A stretch of 64,000 bases of DNA, from positions 4,572 through 68,571 of the forward strand of contig JBCDLN010000001.1 of NCBI GenBank assembly GCA_038745295.1, written 5' to 3'. Numbering within the stretch: position 1 is the first letter of the stretch; each line of letters opens with the position of its first letter. A program made the position numbers and the translations under genes. The notes under the pieces are model-generated. The model was not told the DNA's origin. It ran no database searches and saw nothing but the letters and a program-made list of their open reading frames with translations. Shown here piece by piece: positions 21,310-30,978 of the stretch. The DNA comes from Pseudomonadota bacterium. Lineage in GTDB: Bacteria; Pseudomonadota; Alphaproteobacteria; Rhizobiales; Amorphaceae.

Positions 21310-23258
21310 GCAAAATCCTCCGGCGCGAAGTCACCGCCGGTGAGGTCTCGACCAGCAATGAGGCTCATGGCCTGTGACAGTGTGGTGGGTGGTTGGATGT
21401 ACTCGACGTTGGGTCGGGCGAGGCCGGCACCGGTGCTGCCGATCGCGCCGGTGATGGTCCAGTTGCCGTTCAGCGGATCGGCAACACGCATCGCCGACGT
21501 GATGGAGTTGGCATCAAGCGCCGTCGCGCTTTGCCAACCGGCCAGATTACCGCTGGTCGCGACGGTCGTCCCGCTCGCGTACCACCGGCCGTGGCCGCCA
21601 AAGACGTTGTGGTCGCTCACCGCGGCGTCGTTGCTTTGCAAGCGGACGAAACCTTCATCGGTCACAAAGATCGTCGTCTGAACATCAACGCTGACGGTGC
21701 CATCAATCCCCCCGGTGAGGAGCAGGAAGGTGTTGCCGGACACCGTGCCCACCTCCCGCATCTCCAAGATGGACTGGGTGATTTTCGCGTGGCGAAGGTT
21801 GTTCCAGCCGGTGACGCCGTCCGGCACTGAGAGGCGCAGGCCATCCAATGTGGTTGGCGTTGTGCCAGCCGAGGCCGTTGAAATCCCCGTCTTGCCGGTT
21901 GCGGGGACACGGTCATAGGTCACCGACATGTCGGTGGCTGTGAGCGAGCCGCCCGGCCCATGGTCGGCCACCTGCAAGGCGCCGTTGCGCAGCGATGTGC
22001 GATTGATCGTGACCGCGGCGGCGTCCGCAGGGTTGATCCGGCATTCAACCACAGCGCAGTCGTTGAGCGTCCAGGCCGGATACCGCTCCGCATTGGCGCC
22101 GCGGTGGGCGGCGAATCCGTCGATGTTGGTGCTGTCCCGAACGGCTGGGGTTGCAAGGGCCATGCAGCGGTTCGATAGGCACGGCTCAGCGCGAAGGTCC
22201 GGTGCGTTGGAGGAAAATGCGATGACAATCGCGTCGCGCCGGCTGTCAGCAAAACGGTGCACGCCAATACAATCGCGAAACTCTCCGGTCTCCATCGTCA
22301 TCTGCTGGCTGACGCCGTCGAACGCGAGACAGCGGTCGAACACGCAGCGCCGCTTGCCCTCAATGGCGCCGACGTGGTTGCCCGCCCGATACACAGCCAC
22401 CTCTCGCACCAGGCTGTCATCGCCCACGCGCACGCCCACTTGCCGGACAGCGCCGAAATAGGCCTTGCCGTCGCTGCGCGCGTCGGTGGAGCCGTGCGGG
22501 TGAACGTAGGCCGAGACGGTGTTGGCGGCCGATGCGGGGGTGAATGGCGCTGCCGGATCGGCGCCAAGCTCCGCCGCGTCAATCCAAAATGAGCCCGGTG
22601 TCGCCGCGCAGTCGCTGAGCGAGGGCGCGAAGGCCAAATGGGTGACGTCGGCGGCAAACACATCGTCGGTGCCGTCGGGATGCTCGAAAAACTGCAGCCA
22701 GGTCTCGCCCGTTTCGCCGCCCTCCCAGCTAAAGGGCTGGCTGTAGACGGTGCCAAAATTATCGCCGCGTTCGGCCGCGGTCTGCCAGGCGCCTGACAGT
22801 TCATCATCGCCGCGCACTTGGGGCATGCCGAGCGTCACCACGTCGCCGTGCGCGGTGACGGTGACGGTGCTGAGGCCCGACAGGTCGAGGCTTTCGCGGA
22901 ACACGCTGCCTGCGGCAAGGCTCAGCACCGCGCCCGGACCGTTGGCGAGCGCTGCGGCGCGGCCGGCCGCCAGAGTGCGCAGCGGTGCGCCGGGTGAGCC
23001 ATCATTGCTGTCGTTGCCGGACAGGGCATTGATGAGAAAAGTTGAAGTGGTGGGCGGGAGCGCATCATCCGATGACCCCCGCCGACCCCCCAAGGAAAGA
23101 CCGAGTGCAATGTCCATCAGCGCCGCCGATTTGGTGTGTCCAACACCCCTTTCAGCCGTTTCGTCACCAGAACGGTCCCCCTTAAACTTCGACTTCAAGT
23201 TGTAAGTGCCGCCTGATCGTGGGGGATTATTTCGTGAGCGGTCGGTGAAACGCCGCAT
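21306..23258 (-). CDS. Right-handed parallel beta-helix repeat protein (start uncertain: 23330, 23258 or 23117)
   Basis: FLINALSGNDSNDGSPGAPLRTLAAGRAAALANGPGAVLSLAAGSVFRESLDL resembles the N-terminal cap of DUF1565/Beta_helix proteins (G.D.N.G....P..T...A......G..I.L..G.Y.E). The rest is rich in short G/N/D/T-rich repeats. Confidence 0.55.
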   Translation of the reverse strand: MRRFTDRSRNNPPRSGGTYNLKSKFKGDRSGDETAERGVGHTKSAALMDIALGLSLGGRRGSSDDALPPTTSTFLINALSGNDSNDGSPGAPLRTLAAGRAAALANGPGAVLSLAAGSVFRESLDLSGLSTVTVTAHGDVVTLGMPQVRGDDELSGAWQTAAERGDNFGTVYSQPFSWEGGETGETWLQFFEHPDGTDDVFAADVTHLAFAPSLSDCAATPGSFWIDAAELGADPAAPFTPASAANTVSAYVHPHGSTDARSDGKAYFGAVRQVGVRVGDDSLVREVAVYRAGNHVGAIEGKRRCVFDRCLAFDGVSQQMTMETGEFRDCIGVHRFADSRRDAIVIAFSSNAPDLRAEPCLSNRCMALATPAVRDSTNIDGFAAHRGANAERYPAWTLNDCAVVECRINPADAAAVTINRTSLRNGALQVADHGPGGSLTATDMSVTYDRVPATGKTGISTASAGTTPTTLDGLRLSVPDGVTGWNNLRHAKITQSILEMREVGTVSGNTFLLLTGGIDGTVSVDVQTTIFVTDEGFVRLQSNDAAVSDHNVFGGHGRWYASGTTVATSGNLAGWQSATALDANSITSAMRVADPLNGNWTITGAIGSTGAGLARPNVEYIQPPTTLSQAMSLIAGRDLTGGDFAPEDFA

Positions 23259-23397
23259 GACTGGGGCGCTGTTAGGGTGAGGCGACGGGTATTGCGGGGC
23301 CGCCTCGTTGTCCCGCGCTGTGGGTGCCATCTATGAGGTCTTGGGTGCGGGTTTGGCCTAACGGCCTTGACCGGCTGCAATTGCGGAGGGCTGGGAA

Positions 23398-24153
23398 ATG
23401 GATGCGGTGAATGCGCCGGGCACGGGCAATGGGACGGCGGAGACCCAGCCCGCCGCGCCTGACGACGCTTACCAGCGCTACACCGCGTGGAAGGGCTGGC
23501 ACGACCATTTCACCATCACGCCGGTGCGGGCCCGCTACTACCGGTTGGAAACCAAAGGGGCCGCCATTTCCGGCGCGAATGTCTTAGAAATCGGCTTTGG
23601 GGTGGGCGAATTCCTCGCCTTCGCGCAGGCTGAGGGCGCCACCGTGGCGGGCACCGAAATCATCCCGGAGCTCATTGAGGCGGCCCAAGCGCACGGCGTG
23701 GAGCTTCTACCGCCTGAAATTGAAGCTGTGGCCGAGGCCCACGCCGGCCGGTTCGACACCATCGCCGCCTTCGATGTGTTTGAGCACTTTGTCATGGAGG
23801 ATGTGATCGCGCGGCTCGATGCCTGCCACACCATGCTGAAACCTGGCGGCCGGCTGATCCTGCGCTTTCCCAACGGTCAGAGCCCGTTTGGCCTCACCCA
23901 GCAGCATGGCGATCCGACCCACCGCTCAGCGCTCTCGCTCGCCAATCTGACGCCCTATTTGTCGCGCAAAGACTGGCAGGTGGTCGGCTATCGCGGCCAG
24001 GTCATCGTCGGCGGCGGGACGGTGCTGCACAGCGCGGTGCGCTTCGTGCGCACCACCTTGCGCGGTGCGATCGCCGCCGCTCTGCGCTTCATCTACTGCG
24101 TCCACCATCCGTTTGACGCTGTGGTGGTGCTGACCTTGAAAAAGGGGGGCTGA
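23398..24153 (+). CDS. Class I SAM-dependent methyltransferase
   Basis: VLEIGFGVGEFLAFA (motif I), AGTEI, AFDVFEHF and LKPGGRLILRFPN are typical of the Methyltransf_11/23 fold. Confidence 0.8.
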   Translation: MDAVNAPGTGNGTAETQPAAPDDAYQRYTAWKGWHDHFTITPVRARYYRLETKGAAISGANVLEIGFGVGEFLAFAQAEGATVAGTEIIPELIEAAQAHGVELLPPEIEAVAEAHAGRFDTIAAFDVFEHFVMEDVIARLDACHTMLKPGGRLILRFPNGQSPFGLTQQHGDPTHRSALSLANLTPYLSRKDWQVVGYRGQVIVGGGTVLHSAVRFVRTTLRGAIAAALRFIYCVHHPFDAVVVLTLKKGG

Positions 24154-24206
24154 TAAAGCCGTCCGGCGCCAAGGCAGGGCCCCAACATGAAGGGAGGCGA
24201 AGAGCG

Positions 24207-26414
24207 GTGACCCACCACACCGTGCGCGATCTGAGGCGCCTGTTCAGCGCCAGTGCCCCGTTGCCGGCGTTGGCGTTCGGCGATCTTCTCACCACAGCGC
24301 GCGAAGGGCTCGTGTTTGATGTGGTTCCCGCGCCAAGGGACGGTGCGCGCGCCGCGGACACCCCGCCGCCGGTCATGATTCCGGCCCTCGCCTCAGAGGG
24401 CCTGGCGCTCGCCCCCATCCCAGGCCCGCTGGGCTTTGATGTGCGCGCATTCGGGGCCCGCGGCGACAACCGGCAAGACGACACCGCCGCCCTGCAGCAC
24501 GCCATCGACACCGCCCTTTATGGCCCCGTGCGGGCGCCTGTGAGCCTGCCCCCGGGCCGCTTCATCCTCACCGATACGCTGCATCTTGGCTATGGCACCA
24601 CCTTCACAGGCCTGACCTTCACCGGGGCAGGCCGGGTCTATCGCGGCAACGCCCACCGCTTTGCCGGCACTGTGTTGGTTGCGCGCCAAACCGACCGCCC
24701 GGCGCTCAACATCCAGGCCGCGCGCGGGACCATTGTCTCCGGCCTCACGCTTCTGGGGGAAGCCGGCGCAATAATGGCCGAGCACGGCATGGGCCATCCG
24801 CTGCGCGCCACCCGGCCCGACACCACCCTTAGCGATTGGGTGGACCCGGCGCTCCCGCCGAGCGCTGCGAGCCGCTACGCCCCCTACGCCGGCCTGACCA
24901 TCGACGCTTATGGCGGCGAGCCCCCCTCCCCCGCCTATCCGGATGTGGCGCTGCCCGCCTTTGCCGGCGCGGACGGCCAATATGGCAAGCGCACGTCGAG
25001 CAATGTGCAGCTGCGCGACATGGTGATCTCAGGCTTCGTGGTGGGGGTGGCGGTGCAGCCCGCGGACGTGGATGCGAACGGCGATTTCACTGCGATCAAC
25101 AACCTTCTGATTGAACGCTGCGTCTATGCCGTCAGCGTGGGCAATTCCCAAAGCCGCAATGTGGCGATCCGCGACAGCCAGATTCACCAGGTCTTTTGCG
25201 CCTTCACCAACAACACCCACGGTCGTCAGCGGGGCCACTTTGGTGGCAGCATCGACAATGTGTCGATGTCCTTCACCACCAATATTTTTCAGTTCGGCAC
25301 GAGCGCTTATGTCGGCCCGCTGACGGTGCAAAACCTTTACGCTGAAAGCACTTACAGGATCGGCGACATTGCCTCCGTCACCGGCAATGAGACCGCGGTG
25401 ATCGTGCAGGCTTCGGTGTTTAAGCTGGGCGCGCAGACCGATCTGCGCGGCGTTCCGGCGTCTTCGTTGTCGCTCGGCGGCGCACCCTTTGCCATGCGCT
25501 TTGTGGGCTGTTCCTTTGCCTATCCGCAGTTCCTTGTGATTGCGGGCGCCCCCGCTCACTTTGAGGACTGCCGGCTCGCACGGCGTCCGCAGGGCGGGCC
25601 TTTGGCCCGCAACAGGGTCGCCGATCAGGGCCTGCGCGCCGCGCTCAACGCCACAGCGAGTGGCCTCCTCATTGGTCCTGACGGTTTTGTTCCGGATGAG
25701 ACGGGGCAATCACTCCTGTGGCGGCCCTATGAGGCGCTCACAGGCGTGCGCCTTGGCGCCGCCACAAGCCTGGCGCGCGAGGCCACCGAGGGGCCAACAC
25801 CGCTCACCATCCACACGCCTGACATTGTTCGCCAGGGGATCCGCTTTGCCACCCCCACCCCGCATATGGCCGTTGGCCCGGCGCTGTTTGAGCGCGTTGA
25901 GGTGGACTTGAATGGCGACGGTGCGATGGTCACGGCAACGCTTGCGGGCGCGGAGATGGCCTTTGGCGCACCGCAGATGGGCGACATCATCATCGTGGGG
26001 CGCGACAGCGAGGCGGTACTCGTTGTGGAGGAGCGCAAGGGACCCACGGTCCGTTTCCGGCAAATCAGCCCCACAGGCGGTGCGGCATCGAGCGCGCCGG
26101 CGCCGCTGACCATGCCGGGCACGCTCATTGTCACCCGGCGTGTGGCATTGCCGGCTCCGATGCGCATTGCCACCGCGGCCGACCACACCGATGCCCGCCT
26201 CGTGGTGGACGAGGCTTTGGCGGACCTTTTGGCCACTCTGGCGCCCGGCGCTTGGGTTCAGCTGGCAGCAGCCGACCGAACCGTCTTCGGTCGGCCGCCC
26301 CGCATTGTTGATCTGAATGTGCAGGCTCAGCGGATCACATTTGACCGCCCGGCCCGCGAGACAAAGGCGCTGATGGCCGTCATCTGCCTCGTCACCGACC
26401 CCGCAATCCGCTGA
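24207..26414 (+). CDS. Right-handed beta-helix protein, pectate-lyase-superfamily / tailspike-like; paralog of 19420..21309
   Basis: FGARGDNRQDDTAALQHAIDTA is present. SRYAPYAGLTIDAYGG...GFVVGVAVQPADVDANGDF...SVGNSQSRNVAIRDSQIH...THGRQRGHFGGSIDNVSMS...VGPLTVQNLYAES is collinear with the matching block in 19420..21309. GTG start. Confidence 0.65.
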   Translation: MTHHTVRDLRRLFSASAPLPALAFGDLLTTAREGLVFDVVPAPRDGARAADTPPPVMIPALASEGLALAPIPGPLGFDVRAFGARGDNRQDDTAALQHAIDTALYGPVRAPVSLPPGRFILTDTLHLGYGTTFTGLTFTGAGRVYRGNAHRFAGTVLVARQTDRPALNIQAARGTIVSGLTLLGEAGAIMAEHGMGHPLRATRPDTTLSDWVDPALPPSAASRYAPYAGLTIDAYGGEPPSPAYPDVALPAFAGADGQYGKRTSSNVQLRDMVISGFVVGVAVQPADVDANGDFTAINNLLIERCVYAVSVGNSQSRNVAIRDSQIHQVFCAFTNNTHGRQRGHFGGSIDNVSMSFTTNIFQFGTSAYVGPLTVQNLYAESTYRIGDIASVTGNETAVIVQASVFKLGAQTDLRGVPASSLSLGGAPFAMRFVGCSFAYPQFLVIAGAPAHFEDCRLARRPQGGPLARNRVADQGLRAALNATASGLLIGPDGFVPDETGQSLLWRPYEALTGVRLGAATSLAREATEGPTPLTIHTPDIVRQGIRFATPTPHMAVGPALFERVEVDLNGDGAMVTATLAGAEMAFGAPQMGDIIIVGRDSEAVLVVEERKGPTVRFRQISPTGGAASSAPAPLTMPGTLIVTRRVALPAPMRIATAADHTDARLVVDEALADLLATLAPGAWVQLAAADRTVFGRPPRIVDLNVQAQRITFDRPARETKALMAVICLVTDPAIR

Positions 26415-28107
26415 CGGGACGGCGTCTGGGATCTGTTCTGAGGTCTGGGCGCTGATTTGGAGGTAGACCGTGTGGGTGAAGTTTCGACCGTCGTTTTCGC
26501 TGGTCATTGGCCATCTCACCTTTGAGAACGCCCGAAAAAAGATAGAATACCAGCATATACGCCGCGATAATCGGCAATGATCCAATGAATCCATTGATCA
26601 AATATTTGTTTGTTCCGGCGGCAACCCAAATTAACATATAAAGAACAAGCGGAAAATAAATGAAATCGCGTTCTAAAACCCACTTCAAAGCCAGACGACC
26701 TGTAAATCCAAACACAAATCCGATAAATGGAGCGATAATAATCAACCCAAGCCATCCGTAATGCCAATACATATCGCCATAGATTGAAATTCCGACAAGA
26801 GTTTCGGTCTCTCGTCCGAGCAAAATTGAGTAAAAATACTTGCCTGGCCCTTCAAATAAGGGTTTTTCAGGCCACAAGAAGCGCGGGATAAAGCGCATCC
26901 AGGCCGTTTCAACGGTGCGGCTGGCATAACCGGAATCGTAAAGCAGCATCGCCTTGGCAATGGGCGAGGCATAATCGAGGCGCATCCACCACCACTGTGC
27001 GGTGCGCTCTTCGTCAATGACATAGTCTGGCGTGCCGCTGGCGCCTGACCCCGTCACATAAGCCGTCAGCACGTTGACGCGGTCGCCATAACCGCCGCTG
27101 TTGATTTCGCCGTGCAGCAGAAAGAGCTCGCTGCGCGCATGGGTGACCAACGGCGTGGAGAGCGAGAAAGCGACCGCTGTGAGCGCCGCACCGAGTGCCA
27201 GCTCCTTCAGACGCTGCCGCGCCAGATAGATGCCGAGGATCGGAAAGACCAGCGCCACCACCAGCTCGCTCTTGGCAAAGGACAACAGCGTCAGCACCAA
27301 GTGAGCGCCCCACAAGACGATAAGGGGGATCACCCAACGGCCGCCCCGCTTGGAGGCGGCGATATAGGCCAGCAGCGCGAGGCCAAGATCGACCAGAAAG
27401 CTCAGCGAGCCCAGAATCCCAGGTATGACAATGGGGATGATCCCCCAATCGGCTGGTTTGACGAGGCCGTAGCGAAACAATCCGCCCACCACGATCACCG
27501 CGAGCGCAACGGGGGCGAGGCGTTCGGGATCCACAAAGCGGTTGGCGTCTTGCCACACATGCTTGGGCACCCGCGGCGGCGCGAACACGGACAAAGCCGC
27601 CGCGATCCCACTCAACAGCAGCGGCACGGCGATCGAGATCAACAGATTGGCGCGTAACAATTCAGAGGGTGTTGCGGTCAAGGGATGGCCCGCTTTGGCG
27701 AGCAGTGTCGCCTCGCTGCCAAAGACATTCACCAGAGGTCCTAAGTAGAGAAAAACAATACTTTGTAATGGCGCCCAAAAGAACGCTGTCCATATGGTTT
27801 CAGGTAAGCATCTCACACAATTGTAGATCAGCGCTGACAGCACGGCCACGCTGTATAGCGGGAGGAGTGTGTTGATGAATGTCAAAGTGGTGTCGCTGAG
27901 ATTGCCACTGCTGACAAGCAGCAGCAAAATCAGCGCTGGCGGTACAAGAAGCCCAATGGCGGTCCAATAGTGACGGCGCAACAGCGCATACGGATAGGGC
28001 ACGGCGTCTGACGGCCGGCCGCTGCGCGGCACCGGGCGAGGTCCCGCGATGGGGGTGTTCGCGCCGCTGTTCGGAGGGGACAGCGTCATCCTCTTTGCGC
28101 CTTCCAT
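26392..28107 (-). CDS. Polytopic membrane protein, putative Wzy-like repeat-unit polymerase
   Basis: 571-aa ORF with more than 10 hydrophobic segments and a large loop (EERTAQWWWMRLDYASPIAKAMLLYDSGYASRTVETAWMRFIPRFLWPEKP). It sits in a polysaccharide locus. The family assignment rests on context only. Confidence 0.4.
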   Translation of the reverse strand: MEGAKRMTLSPPNSGANTPIAGPRPVPRSGRPSDAVPYPYALLRRHYWTAIGLLVPPALILLLLVSSGNLSDTTLTFINTLLPLYSVAVLSALIYNCVRCLPETIWTAFFWAPLQSIVFLYLGPLVNVFGSEATLLAKAGHPLTATPSELLRANLLISIAVPLLLSGIAAALSVFAPPRVPKHVWQDANRFVDPERLAPVALAVIVVGGLFRYGLVKPADWGIIPIVIPGILGSLSFLVDLGLALLAYIAASKRGGRWVIPLIVLWGAHLVLTLLSFAKSELVVALVFPILGIYLARQRLKELALGAALTAVAFSLSTPLVTHARSELFLLHGEINSGGYGDRVNVLTAYVTGSGASGTPDYVIDEERTAQWWWMRLDYASPIAKAMLLYDSGYASRTVETAWMRFIPRFLWPEKPLFEGPGKYFYSILLGRETETLVGISIYGDMYWHYGWLGLIIIAPFIGFVFGFTGRLALKWVLERDFIYFPLVLYMLIWVAAGTNKYLINGFIGSLPIIAAYMLVFYLFSGVLKGEMANDQRKRRSKLHPHGLPPNQRPDLRTDPRRRPVSGLRGR

Positions 28108-28167
28108 GCCCTGTTGGCCAGATGATGGCCCATTGACGAGGTCCGCACCCTAGGCAACACACCCGCC

Positions 28168-29364
28168 GTGAGCCCAGACAACACGTTGCGAACAAGGACG
28201 GACGGCGGCCCGCTGCGCGCTTTGCATGTCTCGCCCACCTTTTATCCAGCCACCCGCTGGGGCGGCCCGATTTTCTCCACGCTGACCCTTTGCAATGGAC
28301 TGCAACGCACTGGCAAGGTCAGCGTCACGGTGTTGACCACCGATGCCGCGGGCCCCGCCCGGGGTGACCGGCTCGATGGGCCGCGCCAGGCCCATTTCGA
28401 GGCCGGCTACGACGTCACCTATGCAAGGCGCATTGCGGGCAAGGACGTGTCGCTGGAGCTGATGGCACAGCTCCTCCCTGCCATGCGCCGCGCCGACCTG
28501 GTGCACCTCACGGCCACCTATTCGGCGCCGACCCTACCAACGCTCGCCGCCGCCAAGTTCTTGGGAAAGCCGCTGGTGTGGTCGCCTCGGGGCGCTCTGC
28601 AAGCACGGCAAGAGTGGCAGGGCGCGGCGAGCAAGGCCAAGGTGGTGTTTGAGGCCGCGTGCCGGCGGCTCCTGCCCCGCCGCGCGGTGCTCCACGTCAC
28701 CTCAGAGGCGGAACGGGAACTGAGCCGCCGCGCGATCCCGATCCCCGCCGCCGTTGTGCCGAACGCGGTTCAGATGCCGCCCGATCCGGCGCCTCGCACT
28801 TACCGTCCGGACGGTGCGCTGCGGCTTGCTTTCCTCAGCCGCGTCCACCCCAAAAAAGGGCTCGAAACCCTGATTGAGGCGCTCAAAACCCTCCCCGCCC
28901 CCACAACGCTCGCCATTTATGGCGAAGCGGACGCTGGCTATGCAGATGCGCTCAAAGCCCAAGCCGCCGCGGCCGGTGTCGCCGACCGTGTCACCTTCCA
29001 CGGCCACGTGACGAACGAGGCGAAGGAGCGCGCTTACGAAAACGCCGACATCTTCGTGTTGCCGAGCTTTTCGGAGAATTTCGGCATGGTGATCGCCGAA
29101 GCGCTCGCCCATCGCACCCCCGTGGTCACCACCACGGCAACGCCATGGCAGATGCTGCACGAAGCCGGCTGCGGGCGCCTCGTTGCGCCAGGTGACAGCG
29201 CTGCGCTTGGCCAAGCGATCACCGAGATCGCTGGCGGCGACTTTGCCGCCATGGGCGCGGCCGGCCGGTCGCTGGTGGAGGACCATTATGGCGAGGCCGC
29301 GCTCGCGAGCGCCATGGTTGATGTCTATGCGGCACTGGTGTCTGAGGGACCCCCATTCCCTTGA
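28168..29364 (+). CDS. Family 4 (GT-B, group 1) glycosyltransferase
   Basis: LHVSPTFYPATRWGGPIFS at the N-terminus and FVLPSFSENFGMVIAEALAHRTPVVTT (E-x7-E region) at the C-terminus. Confidence 0.8.
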   Translation: MSPDNTLRTRTDGGPLRALHVSPTFYPATRWGGPIFSTLTLCNGLQRTGKVSVTVLTTDAAGPARGDRLDGPRQAHFEAGYDVTYARRIAGKDVSLELMAQLLPAMRRADLVHLTATYSAPTLPTLAAAKFLGKPLVWSPRGALQARQEWQGAASKAKVVFEAACRRLLPRRAVLHVTSEAERELSRRAIPIPAAVVPNAVQMPPDPAPRTYRPDGALRLAFLSRVHPKKGLETLIEALKTLPAPTTLAIYGEADAGYADALKAQAAAAGVADRVTFHGHVTNEAKERAYENADIFVLPSFSENFGMVIAEALAHRTPVVTTTATPWQMLHEAGCGRLVAPGDSAALGQAITEIAGGDFAAMGAAGRSLVEDHYGEAALASAMVDVYAALVSEGPPFP

Positions 29365-29960
29365 GCGAGAGAGACATCCCCGCCATGGAGCACCCCGAGA
29401 GCCTGTTATCGCCTCAGGCAACGGCTCTGTGGCCCGCTCCCTCCCGCGCCGACAAGGTGCGGCGGGCGCTGTGGCGTGTGGTGTCGGCCCTCACCTTCCG
29501 CCTCACACCGACCCCATTCCACGGTGTGCGCTGCGCGATCCTGCGCGCGTTTGGCGGGCGCATTGAACGGGGCGCACGGCCCTACCCGGCCGCGCGCATC
29601 TGGGCCCCGTGGAACCTTGTGATGGAACACGGCAGCTGTCTGGCGGATCGGGTCGACTGCTACAACGTTGCCCCGATTACGGTGAAACGGCACGCCACCG
29701 TCAGCCAAGGCGCGTCCCTTTGCACGGCGAGCCACGATTTTCGCCGCAGCGACCATCCCCTCACCGCCGCCCCCATCGTGGTGGGCGAAGGCGCTTGGGT
29801 GGCGGCTGAAGCCTTTATCGGCCCCGGCGTGACGGTCGATGAAAAGGCCGTGGTTGGCGCCCGCGCGGTCGTGATGCGCTCTGTGCCGCCGTCGACCGTG
29901 GTCGCCGGCAATCCCGCCAAAATCGTCGACAAGCGCATCATCCAAAACCCCGCGCCGTGA
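29361..29960 (+). CDS. Left-handed beta-helix (hexapeptide) O-acetyltransferase, WcaF-like
   Basis: RALWRVVSALTFRLTP...LRAFGGRIERGARPYPAARIWAPWNL...VSQGASLCTASHDF...IVVGEGAWVAAEAFIGPGVTVDEKAVVGARAVVMRSVPPSTVVAGNPAKIV is collinear with colanic-acid WcaF-type acetyltransferases. 4-bp overlap with the upstream GT4 gene. Confidence 0.8.
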   Translation: MSERDIPAMEHPESLLSPQATALWPAPSRADKVRRALWRVVSALTFRLTPTPFHGVRCAILRAFGGRIERGARPYPAARIWAPWNLVMEHGSCLADRVDCYNVAPITVKRHATVSQGASLCTASHDFRRSDHPLTAAPIVVGEGAWVAAEAFIGPGVTVDEKAVVGARAVVMRSVPPSTVVAGNPAKIVDKRIIQNPAP

Positions 29961-30060
29961 GCGAAGTGGGGAATGGCGCGGTTGCGCTTCGCCTCGCCGA
30001 TCTCCTGTCAATGGGTGTCCAGCCGGCGCGTTGACAGCTGTCAACTTTGGCCGCGGCTTG

Positions 30061-30978
30061 TCAGCTTTGGGTGATGTCGAGCCCCGTGCAGGCTTTGACC
30101 GCGTCAGCCAGGGGAACGTTGTGGGTCGCAGCGTAGCGTTCGATCTCGGTGACTTTGGCGTCCACCAGGGTGCGGTACCAGAACGCTTGCATTGAATGAA
30201 AATAAAACCCTTCCTTGCCGTCTAAAAAGCCGAGCAGCAAAAAGTATCGTGCCAGGAAATACAGCGTTGAACGCCCGCCGCCCGGCAAGCGGCTGTAGAT
30301 TTTTGTCTTCACGAAACGTTTGAACGCTGCGCCGGGGCTGGTGCCGTCCGCTTGTGCGCGCTCTTCGGCATAAAGGCCGTGGGCGACGTTCAACAATTCA
30401 AGGGCCTCGCGGGAGGCGTAGTCGTTGTGCTTGTTCACCCACTGGGTGATGGGTTTCAGGTTGATGTCGGTGATGACAAAGGGCGAGCGCACCACCTCGC
30501 CGTCGGTGACAAAGTGCTCGTCCATCCAGCGCTGCTCGCAGCGGCCGCGCCCGTTGCGCAGGAGGCGCAGCTGCCAGGACGGCTCCATACCGCCAAACCG
30601 AATGCGCCGGCCCATGAAGACCATCCGGCGGCGCACAGCGATCCCGGCCACAGCCTCGTCTTGGGCAACAAGGAAGGGCCGCAGACGCGCCGCTGCGCCC
30701 TCCTCCAGCACCTCGTCGGCATCAATGCGCATGAGCCAGCCGCCGCGCCCCGCCACACTGTCGATGGCGTGGTTCATCTGCGCGGCATGGTTCACCCAAG
30801 GGTGTTCGATGACCCGCGCGCCCTGCGCTGCTGCGATCTCCACCGTGCGGTCCGTGGACCCTGAATCGATCACCGTGATGGTGGTCGCCGCCTCCGCCAC
30901 GCTTGCCAGGCAACGGCCGATGTGGCGCTCTTCGTTGAACGTTAGCACCAGGACGTGGAGAGCCTCCGGCGCCTTCAT
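30061..30978 (-). CDS. Family 2 glycosyltransferase
   Basis: LHVLVLTFNEERHIGRCLASVAEAATTITVIDSGSTDRTVEIA and the later IDADE. The Met at 30978 forms an ATGA overlap with the upstream gene's stop. Confidence 0.8.
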   Translation of the reverse strand: MKAPEALHVLVLTFNEERHIGRCLASVAEAATTITVIDSGSTDRTVEIAAAQGARVIEHPWVNHAAQMNHAIDSVAGRGGWLMRIDADEVLEEGAAARLRPFLVAQDEAVAGIAVRRRMVFMGRRIRFGGMEPSWQLRLLRNGRGRCEQRWMDEHFVTDGEVVRSPFVITDINLKPITQWVNKHNDYASREALELLNVAHGLYAEERAQADGTSPGAAFKRFVKTKIYSRLPGGGRSTLYFLARYFLLLGFLDGKEGFYFHSMQAFWYRTLVDAKVTEIERYAATHNVPLADAVKACTGLDITQS

